Below, piece by piece: positions 9,770 to 22,153 of a stretch of 64,000 nt of DNA. Every line of letters begins with the position of its first letter. Position 1 is the first letter of the stretch. Where the stretch lies: contig NC_057718.1 in the NCBI RefSeq assembly GCF_004010195.1, positions 64,083,110-64,147,109 of the forward strand, in the 5' to 3' direction. The position numbers and the translations under genes were made by a program. The notes beneath the pieces are model-generated. The model saw nothing but the letters and a program-made list of their open reading frames with translations. It had not been told where the DNA came from and ran no database searches. The stretch is from Chiloscyllium plagiosum (Eukaryota).

Positions 9770-12700
9770 TAAGGACTGCAGATGCTGTAAGTCAGAGTCA
9801 ATAGATGTGAAGCTGGAAAGCAAGCAGGTCATTGGCATCTGAGGAGCAGGAAAGTCGACTGGTTGGGCCAAAACCCTTTGTCAGAACTAGGGAGGGGGAG
9901 AGGAGCCAAGAAGTACATAAAGGGAGGGGGTGGGACTGGGGGAAGGGTGGGTGGAATGGTGGTAGGTGGACGCAGGTAGGGAGTTAGTGATTGGTCAATG
10001 GGAATGGTGGAGTGGATAGGTTAAAAAGGAAGATGGGGCTACACATGGGATAAGGCTGAGGGAGGAGGACTTTAGAAACTGGTGAAGTCAATGTTGGGGC
10101 CATTAAGCTGTAAACTTCCCAGGTGAAATATAAGATAATGAGGCCAGTTTTCATTTGGCCTCATTCTGACAGTGGAGGAGGCTAAGGATGGACGTGTTAC
10201 CAGGTGAGTGGGAGGATGAAGTAAGTGGATGGTAACTGGAAGGTCATGTTGGCAACCTGATGGTTACCCAATCCTGCACCATCTGTTTCTATCCTACCAG
10301 AAACCCGACTAGCCCGGTCGACCCATTGTCTCTGCTTGCTCCTGCCCAAACGAGCTCATCTCCTCCTACCTCGACTCTGTTCTTTCCCCTTTGGTCCAGA
10401 AACACTCTACCTACACGTGAGACACAACCCATACCCTCCAACTCTTCAAAATCTTTCAATTCCCCAGCCCCCAATACTTCATTGGTGACAATGACGTACA
10501 GACCCTTACACTTGTATCCCCCACACGACGGGCCTAAAAGCACTCTCCTGTAGGCTTAACCAGTGCCCCTCCACTGACATCCACATATGCCTGGCAGTAC
10601 TGGCCCTCACACTAAATAATTTGTCATTTGATTCCTTCCACCTCCTCCAAACCAAAGGGGGTGCCATGGGCACCCATGTGGGCCTGAGTTATACCTACTT
10701 CTTTGTAGGACTTGTGGATCTCTTCTGCATCTACAGCAGCACCATCCCTCACCTCTTCCTCCACTGTACTGATGACCGTATCAATGCTGCCTCATGCTCC
10801 CGCGAGGAATTTGAACGGTTTATCAACTTTGCCAATACCTTCCACCCTGCCCTCCAATTCATCTGACAGCTCCTTCTCTGGGTCCTCGACCTCTCTGTCG
10901 CCATTTCCAGAAACCAACCCACCACTGATATCCATTTCAAATCCACTAACTACCTCAACTACAGAACAACCTCGATTATCCGAATGAAACAGGTGGGGAG
11001 TATTTTGTTCAGATAACTGATTTGATTGTAAACAAAGGAAGCATTCTCAAGTGTAAGTGAAACTCCGTGACACACAGCCTCAGCTAGAAGCATCGACTCG
11101 TGAGTTACACCAGTCAACTTGATCAAATCAAAACAAGGGGATTTATGACGGCAGATAATTTTGTAAATGGTTAAAATAGATGGAATTGTTCCATGAATTA
11201 AATGAAAGTATTTTAAAGGTTAAAGTGAATTGAAGCTTCCCAGATAACTCTGAACATTTGCAAGTGCAGTACCGTCCCTTTAATACCAAAACATAGTTTG
11301 AGCTACAATGACACGGGTATACAGTCTCAACGTATGCTACAGTAAACTTTCTGAAAGTGTTTTAATTACATATTTTTATAAGTACCACCAAGATGCTAAA
11401 TTGAATTTGTCCTGCATTGTTGGAAATCAGCTTCCCATTATGAACGCAAACAATTATACCTGAATCTATGCTGGGAATGCTGGTCAATGATGACAGAAAA
11501 TATATGCCCCCAGAAATAAGAAGGGAAAATATTTCACCAGCAGAACTAATTCAGAATGTGCGAAGCTACAATCTGTTTGTAAAATCCTTTCCTGCTCGAG
11601 GGTATTTATACTTAGAGTTTATCAGCATTTTAACACATTACGAAATGAAAACCACTTGGTAAAAATGTTACTGAAAATAACATTTGGTGCAATGGAAGTA
11701 TATGATTATCTTTGTAATAAATCTTGGCACTGTACATTGTTTTCAGATCAAAAACAATTTCTTAGCGGCTGCAGTAGTGGGTAATTTATAAATCAGATAC
11801 TTTGATTGTTTAAGTAAATACATCAACAAATGATTGTACAGTTCGTTACCATTCCTGTTGTGCAGGAGGATGGATGGATAGTTAAAAAAAGAAAAAATGA
11901 CAGAGGCAGAGCAGGAGAGAAGTTGCTGAGTTCACTGGTGGGCAGCCTGTCTTGGAAAGAGAGTTTCTGCAGGCAGTGACAGAGACCAGTTTACGGAACT
12001 CTGTCATTACCTGCAGAAACTCTCTAAGACGAACTGCCCACCAATGAACTCAGCGACTTCTCAAACTTCGGGACCTTGAGATCTTGTTCGGATAATCTGA
12101 AATTTGGATAATTGATGTTCAGATAACTGAGGTTGTTCTGTATACCTCATCTCACCCGCCGTTCTGCAAAACTGCTATCCCATGCTCCCAATTCTTCTGT
12201 CTCCACCACATCCCCTCCTAGGATGAGGCGTTCTACTCCAGGACATCCCACATATCCTCTTACTTTAGGGACTGCAGTTTCCCCTCCTCATTAATTAAGG
12301 ATGCCCTTAACTGCATCTCCCACACTTCTGCCCTGAAACCCCCTCCCTGTAACAACAATAAGGATAGAGTCCCCTTAGTCCTCAGGTACTATCCTACCAA
12401 CCTTCGAATCCAATGATCATCCTCCAACATATCTACCACCTACAATCAGACTGCACCACTAAAAAGATATTTCCTTCCCCACCCCTGTCTGCTTTCCGCA
12501 GGGACGCTCACTCCGCGACTCCCTCATCAACTCTGCACACTCCAACTTCTCCACCATACCTGGTACCTCTCCTTGCATTAAGTACAACACCCACCCCCAC
12601 ACCTTCTTTCTCACCTCCATGCAAGGCCCTAAGCAATCCCTCCAAATCCGACAGATTCACCTGCACATCATCTAACTTCAACTATTGCATCCGTTACTCC

Positions 12701-13225
12701 TAAAGTGGTCTCTACATTGGGGAGACTAAACACAGGCTTGGGAACTGGTTTGCAGACCATCTGTGCACTGCACGCACTAACCAACCCAATCTTCCAGTTG
12801 CCATCCACTTTAATTCCCCCTCCCACTCCCCCGGCAATATGTCCATCCTTGACGAACAATGCCTTATATTTCATCTAAGAAAGTTACACAAGTGGCCTCA
12901 ACATTGACTTCACCAGCTTCAAAGTTCTTCCTCCCCCAGCCCTTATCCCATGCCTAGCCCCATCCCTCCCCCTCACCTCCCTAACCTGTTTTAACCTGTC
13001 CATCTTCCTACTCACCTATCTGCTCTAACCTTCCCACTGACCAATCACAATAATCCCCTAGCTACATCCACTCATCACCATCCCACCCACCCTTCTCCCC
13101 AGTCCCGACCCAATCCCTCTATTTCCTTCTGGGCTCTTCTCCGCCCTCCCCAGCCCTGACTAAGGGTTTTGGCCCAAAACATTGACTTTCCTGCTTCTCA
13201 GGTACTGTTTGACCTGCTGTGTTTT
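9770..13225 (+). mobile_element. Penelope-like element (RT plus GIY-YIG relic) with inverted pseudo-LTR, interrupted by a TIR element
   Basis: RT-like LQTKGGAMGT…SY…F.G…TDD (10621-10866); GIY-YIG-like FTCTSSN..YCIR…LYIGETK (about 12655-12735); about 9770-10250 is an inverted copy of about 12700-13225. Confidence 0.8.
10962..12140 (+). mobile_element. Non-autonomous Tigger/pogo-like TIR element inserted in the Penelope-like element
   Basis: TA|CAGAACAACCTCGATTATCCGAA … TTCAGATAACTGAGGTTGTTCTG|TA; TA duplication; host element sequence resumes after 12142. Confidence 0.8.
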
Positions 13226-13439
13226 CTTTTATAGTAGGTATGATTCCATTCCAATTGATACAATCAGATTTTCTCTTGATTTACCTGTTTCGTGAGGATT
13301 CCTTGATGACAACTAATCATGTATTGCCTTGATTCCAGTGTCATGTCAGGAATTCAGCTCCTTTGTTCATGTTTGAACCAAAGTCATAAGTCAGGTCATA
13401 AGCCCTGGGCCTAGCAGGACCCAAATTGAGCATTGTAAC

Positions 13440-14545
13440 AACATGAAAACTGGTGTAGATCATTTAGTCCCTCGAGCCTGCACTGTCCATACTAGATCAT
13501 ATTTGATCATCTATCTCAACACCATCTACCCAAGCTATGGCCATACCCCTTATGCCACAGCTAGAAATACAGCCATCTATGTTGAACTTATTTTATGAAT
13601 GAATTTCCAAAGATTCACCACCCACTTGTGTGAAGAAGTTCCTGCTCATCTCTGTCTTAAACTGCTTGCTTTTTAATCTGAAAGTGTCCCCTGCTCTGGC
13701 CTTCCACAACCAGTGAAAACATACTTTCTGCATCTACTCTTGGCTAGGGACACGGAAAGTTTGTAGCACGGGTCTTTAGTGTAAGTCTTCAGGGATGTTT
13801 ACAGCCCTAAGCACTTAATGTAATCAGTACATTCAGCTGTTTTGTATAAATGAAGATGTTGTGGATCCTCCTCCTCCAGTTATAGTATCATAGAGGTGTA
13901 CAACACAGAAACAGATCCTTCAGTCCTAGTCATCCATGCCAACCAGATTTATCCTAAATTAATCTAGTTCCACTTACCAGCATTTGGCCCATATCCCTCT
14001 TAAATCCTTCCTTATCATTTACCCATCCAGATATCTTTTAAATGTTGTAATTGTACCAGCCTCCACTACTTCCTCTGGCAGCTCATTCCATATATTCACC
14101 ACCCTCTTTGTGACAAAATTGCCCCTTATGTCCCTTTTAAATCTTTCCCCTCTCACCTTAAACCCATGCCCTCTAGTTTTGGACTTCCCCACCCCGAGGA
14201 AAAGACCCTATTTGTGTTCTTCATTATTTTATAAATTTCTGTTGAGGTCACGCCTCAGCCTCTGAAGCTCCATGGAAAATAGCCCTAGTTTACTCAGCCT
14301 CTCCCGACAGATCAAACCCTCCAAACCTGGCAACACCCTTGTAAATCTTTTCTGAACTTTTTCCAAGTTTAACAACATCCTTCCTATAGCAGGGAGACCA
14401 GAATTGCACGCAGAATTCCAAAAGCAGCCGAACCGATGTCCTATACATTCACATGACCTCAATGCACTGACCAATAAAGGCAAGCATACCAAACACCGCT
14501 TTCACTATCCTGTCTACCTGGGACTCCACTTGCAACGAACTATGA
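13440..14545 (-). mobile_element. CR1 LINE 3' fragments
   Basis: ORF 14229-14492 LEKVQKRFTRVLPGLEGL…RERL..LGLFS, the CR1 ORF2 C-terminus. Confidence 0.85.
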
Positions 14546-15254
14546 ACATATTGGTTGAAATGTTCACCTCCGTCACAACTGGATGGGGTGTATCTTTGAT
14601 CTGATCCTTTTTAGTTGTGAAATGTTTAGCGGTAAACTGTTGACAAAGTGCATACTCCATAGCAATAGTAGTTCATGCTATAGAATTAAGTCACTTCATG
14701 TCTTCATAAGAAATGTTTGTGGGGTTATCCATCCACAAAATACTAAACTTTGGGAATTTGGTGAGTGACAGGATTTTAGGGGTTGACCACTTTCAAAAGG
14801 TATTTAGGTTTCGTGATTTAACTCAACTTTAACCTTAACTTGTAGATTTTGTTTACTGTTAGTCAGTGAAAGCTATCATTTGTAGAAGCAGTTGTTTACT
14901 TGGATGGCTATGTTGAACTAGTAATTACTGTCAGCAGTGTATGACATGGATCTCGAGAACTTTTGGGAGCATGAATTTAGGAGATGTTTTGAACAGTATG
15001 TACCAGGAGCACTGTTACAGCATACTAAACTCAGAATTGGAAGTGTGAGAGGGTTCTGTCCTGCTATTTTAATAAAACTAAACAGAGAGGGAATAGGAGA
15101 CACCGAGACATGAGAACTGAAGTGTGGAGACATTCTTTAGACGTGATTTTAAAAATTCAACATTTACAAGTTTGAGGGGCAGCTGGAGTCACTGCAGTCA
15201 CAATTCGGAAGCTTAGAGTTTGCTGGATTCTGTGTTCCTGGAGCTGGCCACTTC

Positions 15255-15830
15255 ACAGTGTACAGCACAGAAACAGACCCTTCGATCCAACATGTCCATG
15301 CCGGCCAACAATCCTAAATTAATCTAGCCCCATTTACCCCATTGGCCCATGTCCCTCTAAATCTTTCCTATTCATATAACCATTCAGGTGCCTTTTACAT
15401 GTTAAAAATCACACAACACCAAGTTATATCCAACAGGTTTATTTGAAAGCATTAGCTTTCGGAGCGCTGCTCCTTCATCAGGTGATTGTGAAGTATAAGA
15501 TTGTAAGACACAGAATTTATAGTAAAAGTTTACAGTGTTATGCAACTGAAATTATATATTGGAAAAGACCTGGATTGTTTGTTATGTCTCTCATCTTTTA
15601 GAATGGCCATGTTGGTTTCAGTTCTTTCATGTATAAATTCCAAAACTTTTTTTTAAAGTTACATTCTCAAGTGTAATTGTACCAGCCTTCACCATTTCCT
15701 CTGGCAGCTCATTCCATTTACATACCACTCTCTGTGAAAAAGTTGCCCCTTAGGTCCCTTTTACATCATTCCCCTCCCACCTTAAACCTTTGCCCTTTAG
15801 TTTTGGGCTCCCCAGAACATTCAGGAAAAT
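15255..15830 (-). mobile_element. CR1 3' fragment interrupted by a Penelope-derived repeat (about 15401-15672)
   Basis: CR1 sequence on both sides of an aaaaatcacacaacacc…gctccttcatcagg unit. Confidence 0.75.
15453..15484 (-). ncRNA. Minimal type-I hammerhead ribozyme core (Penelope-associated)
   Basis: - strand reads cac-CUGAUGA-a-GGAGC-agc-GCUCC-GAAA-GCUA: intact catalytic boxes, paired stem II, palindromic stem III. Confidence 0.6.
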
Positions 15831-15989
15831 AGCCATTTGTGGCCATTGGAAGAGGTGAAAAGTGCTGGATTATTTGATGTGTGCCATTCTGGGCAGTACT
15901 GTGTTGGACACTGCTGACTATGGCATCAATAGGCAAGGCATTGTTCAAAAAGAACAAATCTTAGAAATGCAGTCTTTAAAGGGAGAGAG

Positions 15990-17340
15990 ACAGGCCTATC
16001 TGTTACAGTCATGTAAGTAAGTCCTGCAAGGTGTGTTACCTCCCTGTTGTATGGATAATGGACATTACAATGATGATCATCGATATTCTGAGAAAGGAAA
16101 GGAGAGAGCCAGAAGTTGTGCCTCATATAGATAACAATGACATTGAGAGGGCAAATATTGAGCTCCTAAAGTTAGACTTTCAGAAGTTAGGAAATAAGTT
16201 AAAAGCCAGGACCTGGAAGGTAATAATCTGTCATTCCTTATACCAGTGAGAGCAGAACTAACTTGAAGAAAATCAATGAGTATTTTGAGGCTTGGTGCAG
16301 TAAGGACGGTTTTGGATTCTTGCAGGATTAGAACCTGTTTTGAGTCAGGCTCCTATTCAAATGGAACAAATTGCCACCTCAACAGGACTGAGAGCAATGT
16401 CCTTGTTGGGTAGTTTGGTATTTAGTTGATGATTTTAAACTAAATTGAGAGGACAATTTCAAAAGAAATCACATGAACATAAACTATGAAGTGATACCTG
16501 TGGGATTTAATGACCCAAACATTAGTTGGGATAATATTAGAGCAAAAGGAAAGTAGGGAAAGGTATTTCTGAGATATGTCCAGGAAATCTTTTTTTTTGG
16601 CCAATATGTGTTTGGTCCAACTAGGAAGGAGACATTGTTGGACCTCATGCTGGGAAATGAGGTGAACCATATGAACTAGATGAAAGTAGGAGAACACTTG
16701 GTAAGAATGATCATTGTAGATAAGGCTTAGACTAATGATGGGGAAGTATGAACAATCTGTGACAGCTGTGATGTCATGATGCAACTGTACAAAACGCGAG
16801 TGTGGCCTCACTTGGAATATTGTGTACAGTTCTGCTCGCCCCATTACAGGAAGGATGTGGAAGCATTGGAAAAGGTGCAGAGGAGATTTACCAGGATGTT
16901 GCCTGGTCTGGAGCGAAGGTCTTATGAGGAAAGGCTGAGGGACTTGGGTCTGTTCTCATTGGAGAGAAGAAGGCTAAGAGGGGATATGATAGAGACATAC
17001 AAGATATTCGGAGGATTAGATAGGGTGGACAATGAGAGTCTTTTTCCTAGGTTGATGACATCTACTTGTATGAGGGGACATAGCTGCAAATTGAAGGGTG
17101 ATAGATTTAAAACAGATGTCAGAGGCAGGTTCTTTACTCAGAGAGTGGTAATGGCTTGGAATGCCCTGCCTGCCAATGTAGTTAACTCAGCCACAGTAGG
17201 GGCATTTAAACAGTCCTTGGATAAGCATATAGATGATGATGGGATAGTGTAGAGGGATGGGCTTAGATTAGTTCACAGGTCAGTGCAACATTGAGGGCTG
17301 AAGGGCCTGTTCTGCACTGTATTGTTCTATGTTCTATGTA
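15990..17340 (+). mobile_element. CR1 LINE pieces: ORF1 esterase-like relic, endonuclease relic and a well-preserved ORF2 3' end with tail
   Basis: EPEVVPHIDNNDI (CR1 ORF1 SGNH-like); ORF 16776-17252 PHLEYCVQF…LEKVQRRFTRM…WNALP; (GTTCTAT)n tail. Confidence 0.9.
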
Positions 17341-17607
17341 GTATGTAAAGTAGAACGTTGCCGTAAACTGATTTCTAGTTGTTTGGCAGCATGAGTGTTG
17401 TAATAACCATTGTGTTTTGGATTAGAAAAGTGATACATGCTGGGATTTTCATTCTTGATTGTTGCTTTTAACTCTTAGTGCATCAATGTGGACAACACAC
17501 AAGAAAAACACCAGGCTTGACAGATGTATTTTGTGACTGAGTAACTTGGATGTACCTAGATTCACATGAAGATTGGCCACGGAAAACAAGATTCCTTGGG
17601 ACATCTG

Positions 17608-17946
17608 ACTCGCGGGGGCTTGCGCGCTTTGTGCTGGGGCATGGAGTTGGGAGTGGGGGTGCGGGGTTGGAGGGCGAGGGCTCGCGCGCTTTGTGCTCGG
17701 GAACGGAAGCGGTGCTGGACGGGGTTGGGGGGGAGCGGTGTTGGAGGGGTGGGGGTGGAAACGAGAGGGGGGGTGCTGTTGGGGGCGGGGTCTCGCACGC
17801 TGTGTGCTGTTGTAGCATCCTGAATAGGGAGCACACTTTAAAACTCCCAGCCCCAGAGGAAAGGCATTTAATCGATTTTCTGAATAATTGATTATCCAAA
17901 CAAAATAGTGCCCGCCCATCACGTTCGGATAATTGAGTTTCCACTG
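17608..17946 (-). mobile_element. Truncated copy of the Tigger-like element at 5297-6312
   Basis: Reverse complement matches about the first 160 bp of the 5297 element; ends CTG|TA; GC/CpG-rich interior. Confidence 0.7.
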
Positions 17947-18033
17947 TACTCCCCGCCTGTCTCATTCAAATAGTTGAGGTTTGGCAATAACACTTAAGAA
18001 GTTAAGAGTTGTCAAATGGAAGCAATCACTTAC

Positions 18034-18200
18034 TCAGCATTCATTCCTCCAGAAATTTCATCCTGTTTTTCAGACACTTCAACATACGTTGAATTTGGTT
18101 CCTCACACAGGTGAGCAGCGTTGAGGGTTAGGAAAGGGTCAATCCTTCTTGTTTCGCTTTGGGTAACCTTTTCCGTTCCAACAGCCTCTTGACAAAATAC
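18034..18200 (-). CDS. Coding exon (phase 0/2) of the - strand gene: VFCQEAVGTEKVTQSETRRIDPFLTLNAAHLCEEPNSTYVEVSEKQDEISGGMNA
   Basis: attgttctag acceptor, GA|gtaagt donor, 167 nt open frame, phase-compatible on both sides. Confidence 0.75.
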
Positions 18201-19254
18201 CTAGAACAATAGTTGGCAGTATAGAACTTAACTATTGCTGGAAAGTGACATATCACATCTTAATCTTATTGAGATAAATGCACTAATGTTAAATTCAAAT
18301 TGTCACATTAATTTGCAACAGCAACCTCATGCCGGTGTGATGCTGTGTACGGAGGCTAGATGCCACAAAAGTTGTCTGATTGCATAAACATTGTGTGTCT
18401 TTGGTTGTTAGTAATAAATGTAGGTGGAGGGAAGGGGTCAGTTTTGCTTTTTCAAAAATATACTTTATTCATAGAAATCTTTGATATCTGTATAGTTGAT
18501 GATGCCATTCAGATGTATACTGTCTTTACATTCAGATATAGACTGAGTCATTGGTTTTTACAATTCTGTACATTAAACCATCAGCCTCTTGGCATTTAGC
18601 TGAGCCATCAGCAGAGCCTAATTCCTGATGGTTCCCCCCTGTTATTCTTTGGCAGAAGGACTTTACACAGTGATCTTTCCCCAACACGCCTTGGCGGCAG
18701 CTGCCCCAAGTTTTAGCGCATCCCTCAGCACAAAGTCCTGGACCTTGGAATGTGCCAGTCTGCAACACTCAGTCGGGGTCAACTCCTTCAGCTGAAAGAC
18801 CAACAGGTTTCAGGCAGACCAAAGAGTGTCTTTCACCGAGTTGTCTCAGCCAGCATCCCGGGGAACAGACTGTCAAGCACTGAGTCCTGCGTCAGGGAGC
18901 TGCTCAGGACAAACCTTGACAAATACCACTGCATTTCCAGACTTCCTTTACATAGGCACATTCCAGAAGGAGGTGTGTGACAGTCTCATCCCCTTCACAG
19001 CCACTTCGAGGGCAGTGTGCTGTGGTGCAGAGAGTCTGGGCACGCATAAAGGATCTCACAGGCAGAGCCCTTCTCACCACCAGCCAAGCCATGTCCTGGT
19101 GCTTATTTGAAAGTTCTAGCGATGAGGCATTCTGCCAAATGACTTTGACAGTCTGCTCAGGGAACCGCTCGATAGAATCCGCCCTCTCCTGTTCCCGAAG
19201 GGTCTCAAGGACACCACGTGCTGACCACTTCCTGATGGACTTGTGGTCAAAGGT

Positions 19255-19563
19255 TTAGATTAGATTAGATGACTTTATAGTGTGGAAACAGGCCCTTCGG
19301 CCCAACAAGTTCACACCGACCCGCCAAAGCGCACCCATCCAGACCCATTCCCCTACATTTATCCTGCACCTAACACTACAGGCAATTTAGCTTGGCCAAT
19401 TCACCTAACCTGCACATTTTTCGACTGTGGGAGGAAACCGGAGCACCCAGAGGAAACCCACGCAGACAGGGGAGAATGTGCAAACTCCACACAGTCAGTC
19501 GCCTGAGTCGGGAATTGAACCGTGTGAGGCAGCAGTGCTAACCACTGTGCCACCGTGCCGCCC
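19255..19563 (-). mobile_element. HE1-type tRNA-derived SINE nested in the Tx1 element
   Basis: GGCGGCACGGTGGCACAGTGGTTAGCACTGCTGCCTCAC head, TGTGTGGAGTTTGCAC core, (ATCTA)n tail. Confidence 0.9.
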
Positions 19564-19750
19564 ATAAACCTCTCCACGAAGGACAGGTGATACGGAACGG
19601 ACCAACTACTCAGAGCGTTTCGCGGTAGCGAGGCCAGGCCCATCCTTTGCAACACCAGGGACAGGTAGAACCTCAGTACATAGTGACACTTGGTGTTTGC
19701 ATACTGGAGATTCACGCACAGCTTGATGCAGCCACACACAAAGGTGGCCA

Positions 19751-20890
19751 TCAGGGTGAGGGTGGCATTGGGTGTATTTTTTCCCCATTGCCTAGATGTT
19801 TATACAGCGAGTCCCTTCGGACCCGGTCCATCTTTGATCTCCATATAAATTGGAAGATGGTCCAGGTGACTGCAGCGGCACAGGTTCTGGGAATAGGCCA
19901 GACCTGAGCCACGTATAACAGCAATGACAGAGCCTCACACCTGATGATTAGGGTTTTTCCCGTGATGGAGAGCAACCGTAGCTTCCATCTGCCCAGTTTC
20001 TGCCTCGCTTTGCTGGTACGCTCCTCCCAAGACTTGGCGCACGCCCCAACCAGCCCGAACCAAATACCCAGCACATTCAGATGGTCGGTCCTGACGGTGA
20101 AGGGGATCGAGGATTGGTCGGCCCAGTTCCTGAAGAGCACGGCCTCACTCTTGCCTCGGTTTACCTTGGCCCTCGAGGCCCGTTCGAACTGGTCACATAT
20201 GCACATGAGTCTGCGCACGGACAGCGGATCCGAGCAGAAAACGGCGACATCATCCATGTACAGGGAGGCCTTAACCTGCACGCCCCCGCTGCCAGGAATA
20301 GTCACCCCTCTCAGGCTCGCATCCTTCCTGATGGACTCGGCAAATGGCTCTATGCAGCACACAAACAAGGCAGAAGAGAGAAGGCAGCCCTGCCTGACTC
20401 CAGATCTGACTGGGAAGCTATCTGATTTCCACCCATTGATTGAGATTGCACTGACAATGTTGGTGTAGAGCAGTCTGATCCAATTGCAGACTCCCTCCCC
20501 AAAGCTCAGTTTGGAGAGAACATCTCTCATATACCTGTGTGATATCCTGTCAAAGGCTTTCTCCTGGTCCAGGCTGATCAGGCAGGTGTCCAACCCTCTG
20601 TCCTGCACGTAGGCGATCGAATCCCTGAGGAGTGCGAGACTCTCAGCGATCTTCCTGCACGGTACAGCACAGGTTTGGTCAGGGTGAATCACCGACCCCA
20701 GAGAAGACCTGACCCGGTTGGCGATTACCTTTGACAGAATTTTGTAATCCGCATTCAACAGTGAGATTGGTCTCCAATTTCTGATTTCCTCCCTCTCCCC
20801 CTTCCGCCTGTAGATGAGGGTGATGATGCCTTTCCTCATGGATTCACTCATGGTACCTGACCGAAGCACACTGACATACACCTCCAGCAA
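19751..20890 (-). pseudogene. Tx1-like ORF2 reverse transcriptase, disrupted
   Basis: 379-aa open frame containing the RT motifs; frameshifts on both sides. Confidence 0.85.
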
Positions 20891-21145
20891 GTCCCACAGA
20901 GCAGAATAGAGCTCAACCGGTAGGCCGTCGCTTCCGGGAGTTTCATTTTTTTGAAGGACTCAAGGGCCTTGGTCAGCTTGTCCAGAGATAGCGGCTGGTC
21001 CAGCCTCTCTCGTGTTCTGTCGTCTAGACCTCCTGTGATAGATGACAGGAACGACTGGGAGGTCGCGCTGTCGGTCGGCTTCGCGTCATACAGACAGGCA
21101 TAGAAGGACTTGCTGATCCTCATGACGTCAGCCTGAGATGACGTT

Positions 21146-21237
21146 NNNNNNNNNNNNNNNNNNNNNNNNNNNNNNNNNNNNNNNNNNNNNNNNNNNNNNN
21201 NNNNNNNNNNNNNNNNNNNNNNNNNNNNNNNNNNNNN
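21146..21237. other. Assembly gap, flanked by a near-duplicate segment (about 20870-21145 and 21238-21527)
   Basis: Run of N; the same Tx1 sequence lies on both sides. Confidence 0.95.
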
Positions 21238-22153
21238 ACTGACATACACCTCCAGCAGGTCCTGGCCAATCAAGTCCCACAGAGCAGAATAGAGCTCAAC
21301 CGGTAGGCCGTCGCTTCCGGGAGTTTCATTTTTTCGAAGGACTCAAGGGCTTTGGTCAGCTTGTCCAGAGATAGCGGCTGGTCCAGCCTCTCTCATGTTC
21401 TGTCGTCTAGACCTCCTGTGATAGATGACAGGAACGACTGGGAGGTCGCGCTGTCGGTCGGCTTCGCGTCATACAGACAGGCATAGAAGGACTTGCTGAT
21501 CCTCATGACGTCAGCCTGAGATGATGTTAGCGAGCTATCTTCTTCCTTCAGGCTGCTGAGCATGCAGCTCTCTTTGTGCACCTTCTGGAAGAAGAAACGT
21601 GAGCATGTCTCGTCCTGCTCCACCGAGCAGACCCTGGACCGGAAGATTATCTTGGAGGTCTCCGAGGCAAAGAGCGAAGCTTGCTGGCCCTTCACCTCCT
21701 TGAGGTCCTCCGTGACATCGACCCCCATCATCTGCAGCAGGAGCAGGTTCGGCATACTTTCCTGGAGTTGGGACAGTTTTTCCTGCCTCTCTCTCGCCTC
21801 CTGAACACCTTTGAGGATGAAGAACCTCTTGATGTTCCCTTTTACTGTTTCCCACCAGTCCGCTGGGGACTCAGAGGGGCTTCACGGTTCTCCAACCTGC
21901 GTAGTCCCTCTTGAGCTCCTCAATGTTTCCCAGGGTCAACAGCTTTGTGTTTAGCTTCCATGTTCCCTTACCAGCCCGCTGCTCGTCCTGTAGGTGACAG
22001 TCGGCCAGCAGGAGGCAGTGGTCAGAGAAGAACACCAACTTGACTCCACTCTGAAGCCATTTCCCTGCTCTGGTGTCTTCGGGTCGGGCCCATGGTCCGC
22101 ATAGTCCAGTTCTCCATCTGACAGCGGGGCTGTCACAGGACCGCTGCTCCTAG

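Noticed and set aside
17449..17965. Overlapping GC-rich ORFs or CpG-island-like patch suggesting a promoter
   Set aside because: Lies inside a truncated Tigger-like element; ORFs reflect stop-poor GC-rich sequence
20870..21527. Apparent tandem duplication inside Tx1 ORF2
   Set aside because: The copies directly flank an N gap, so this is most likely an unmerged contig overlap or two haplotypes
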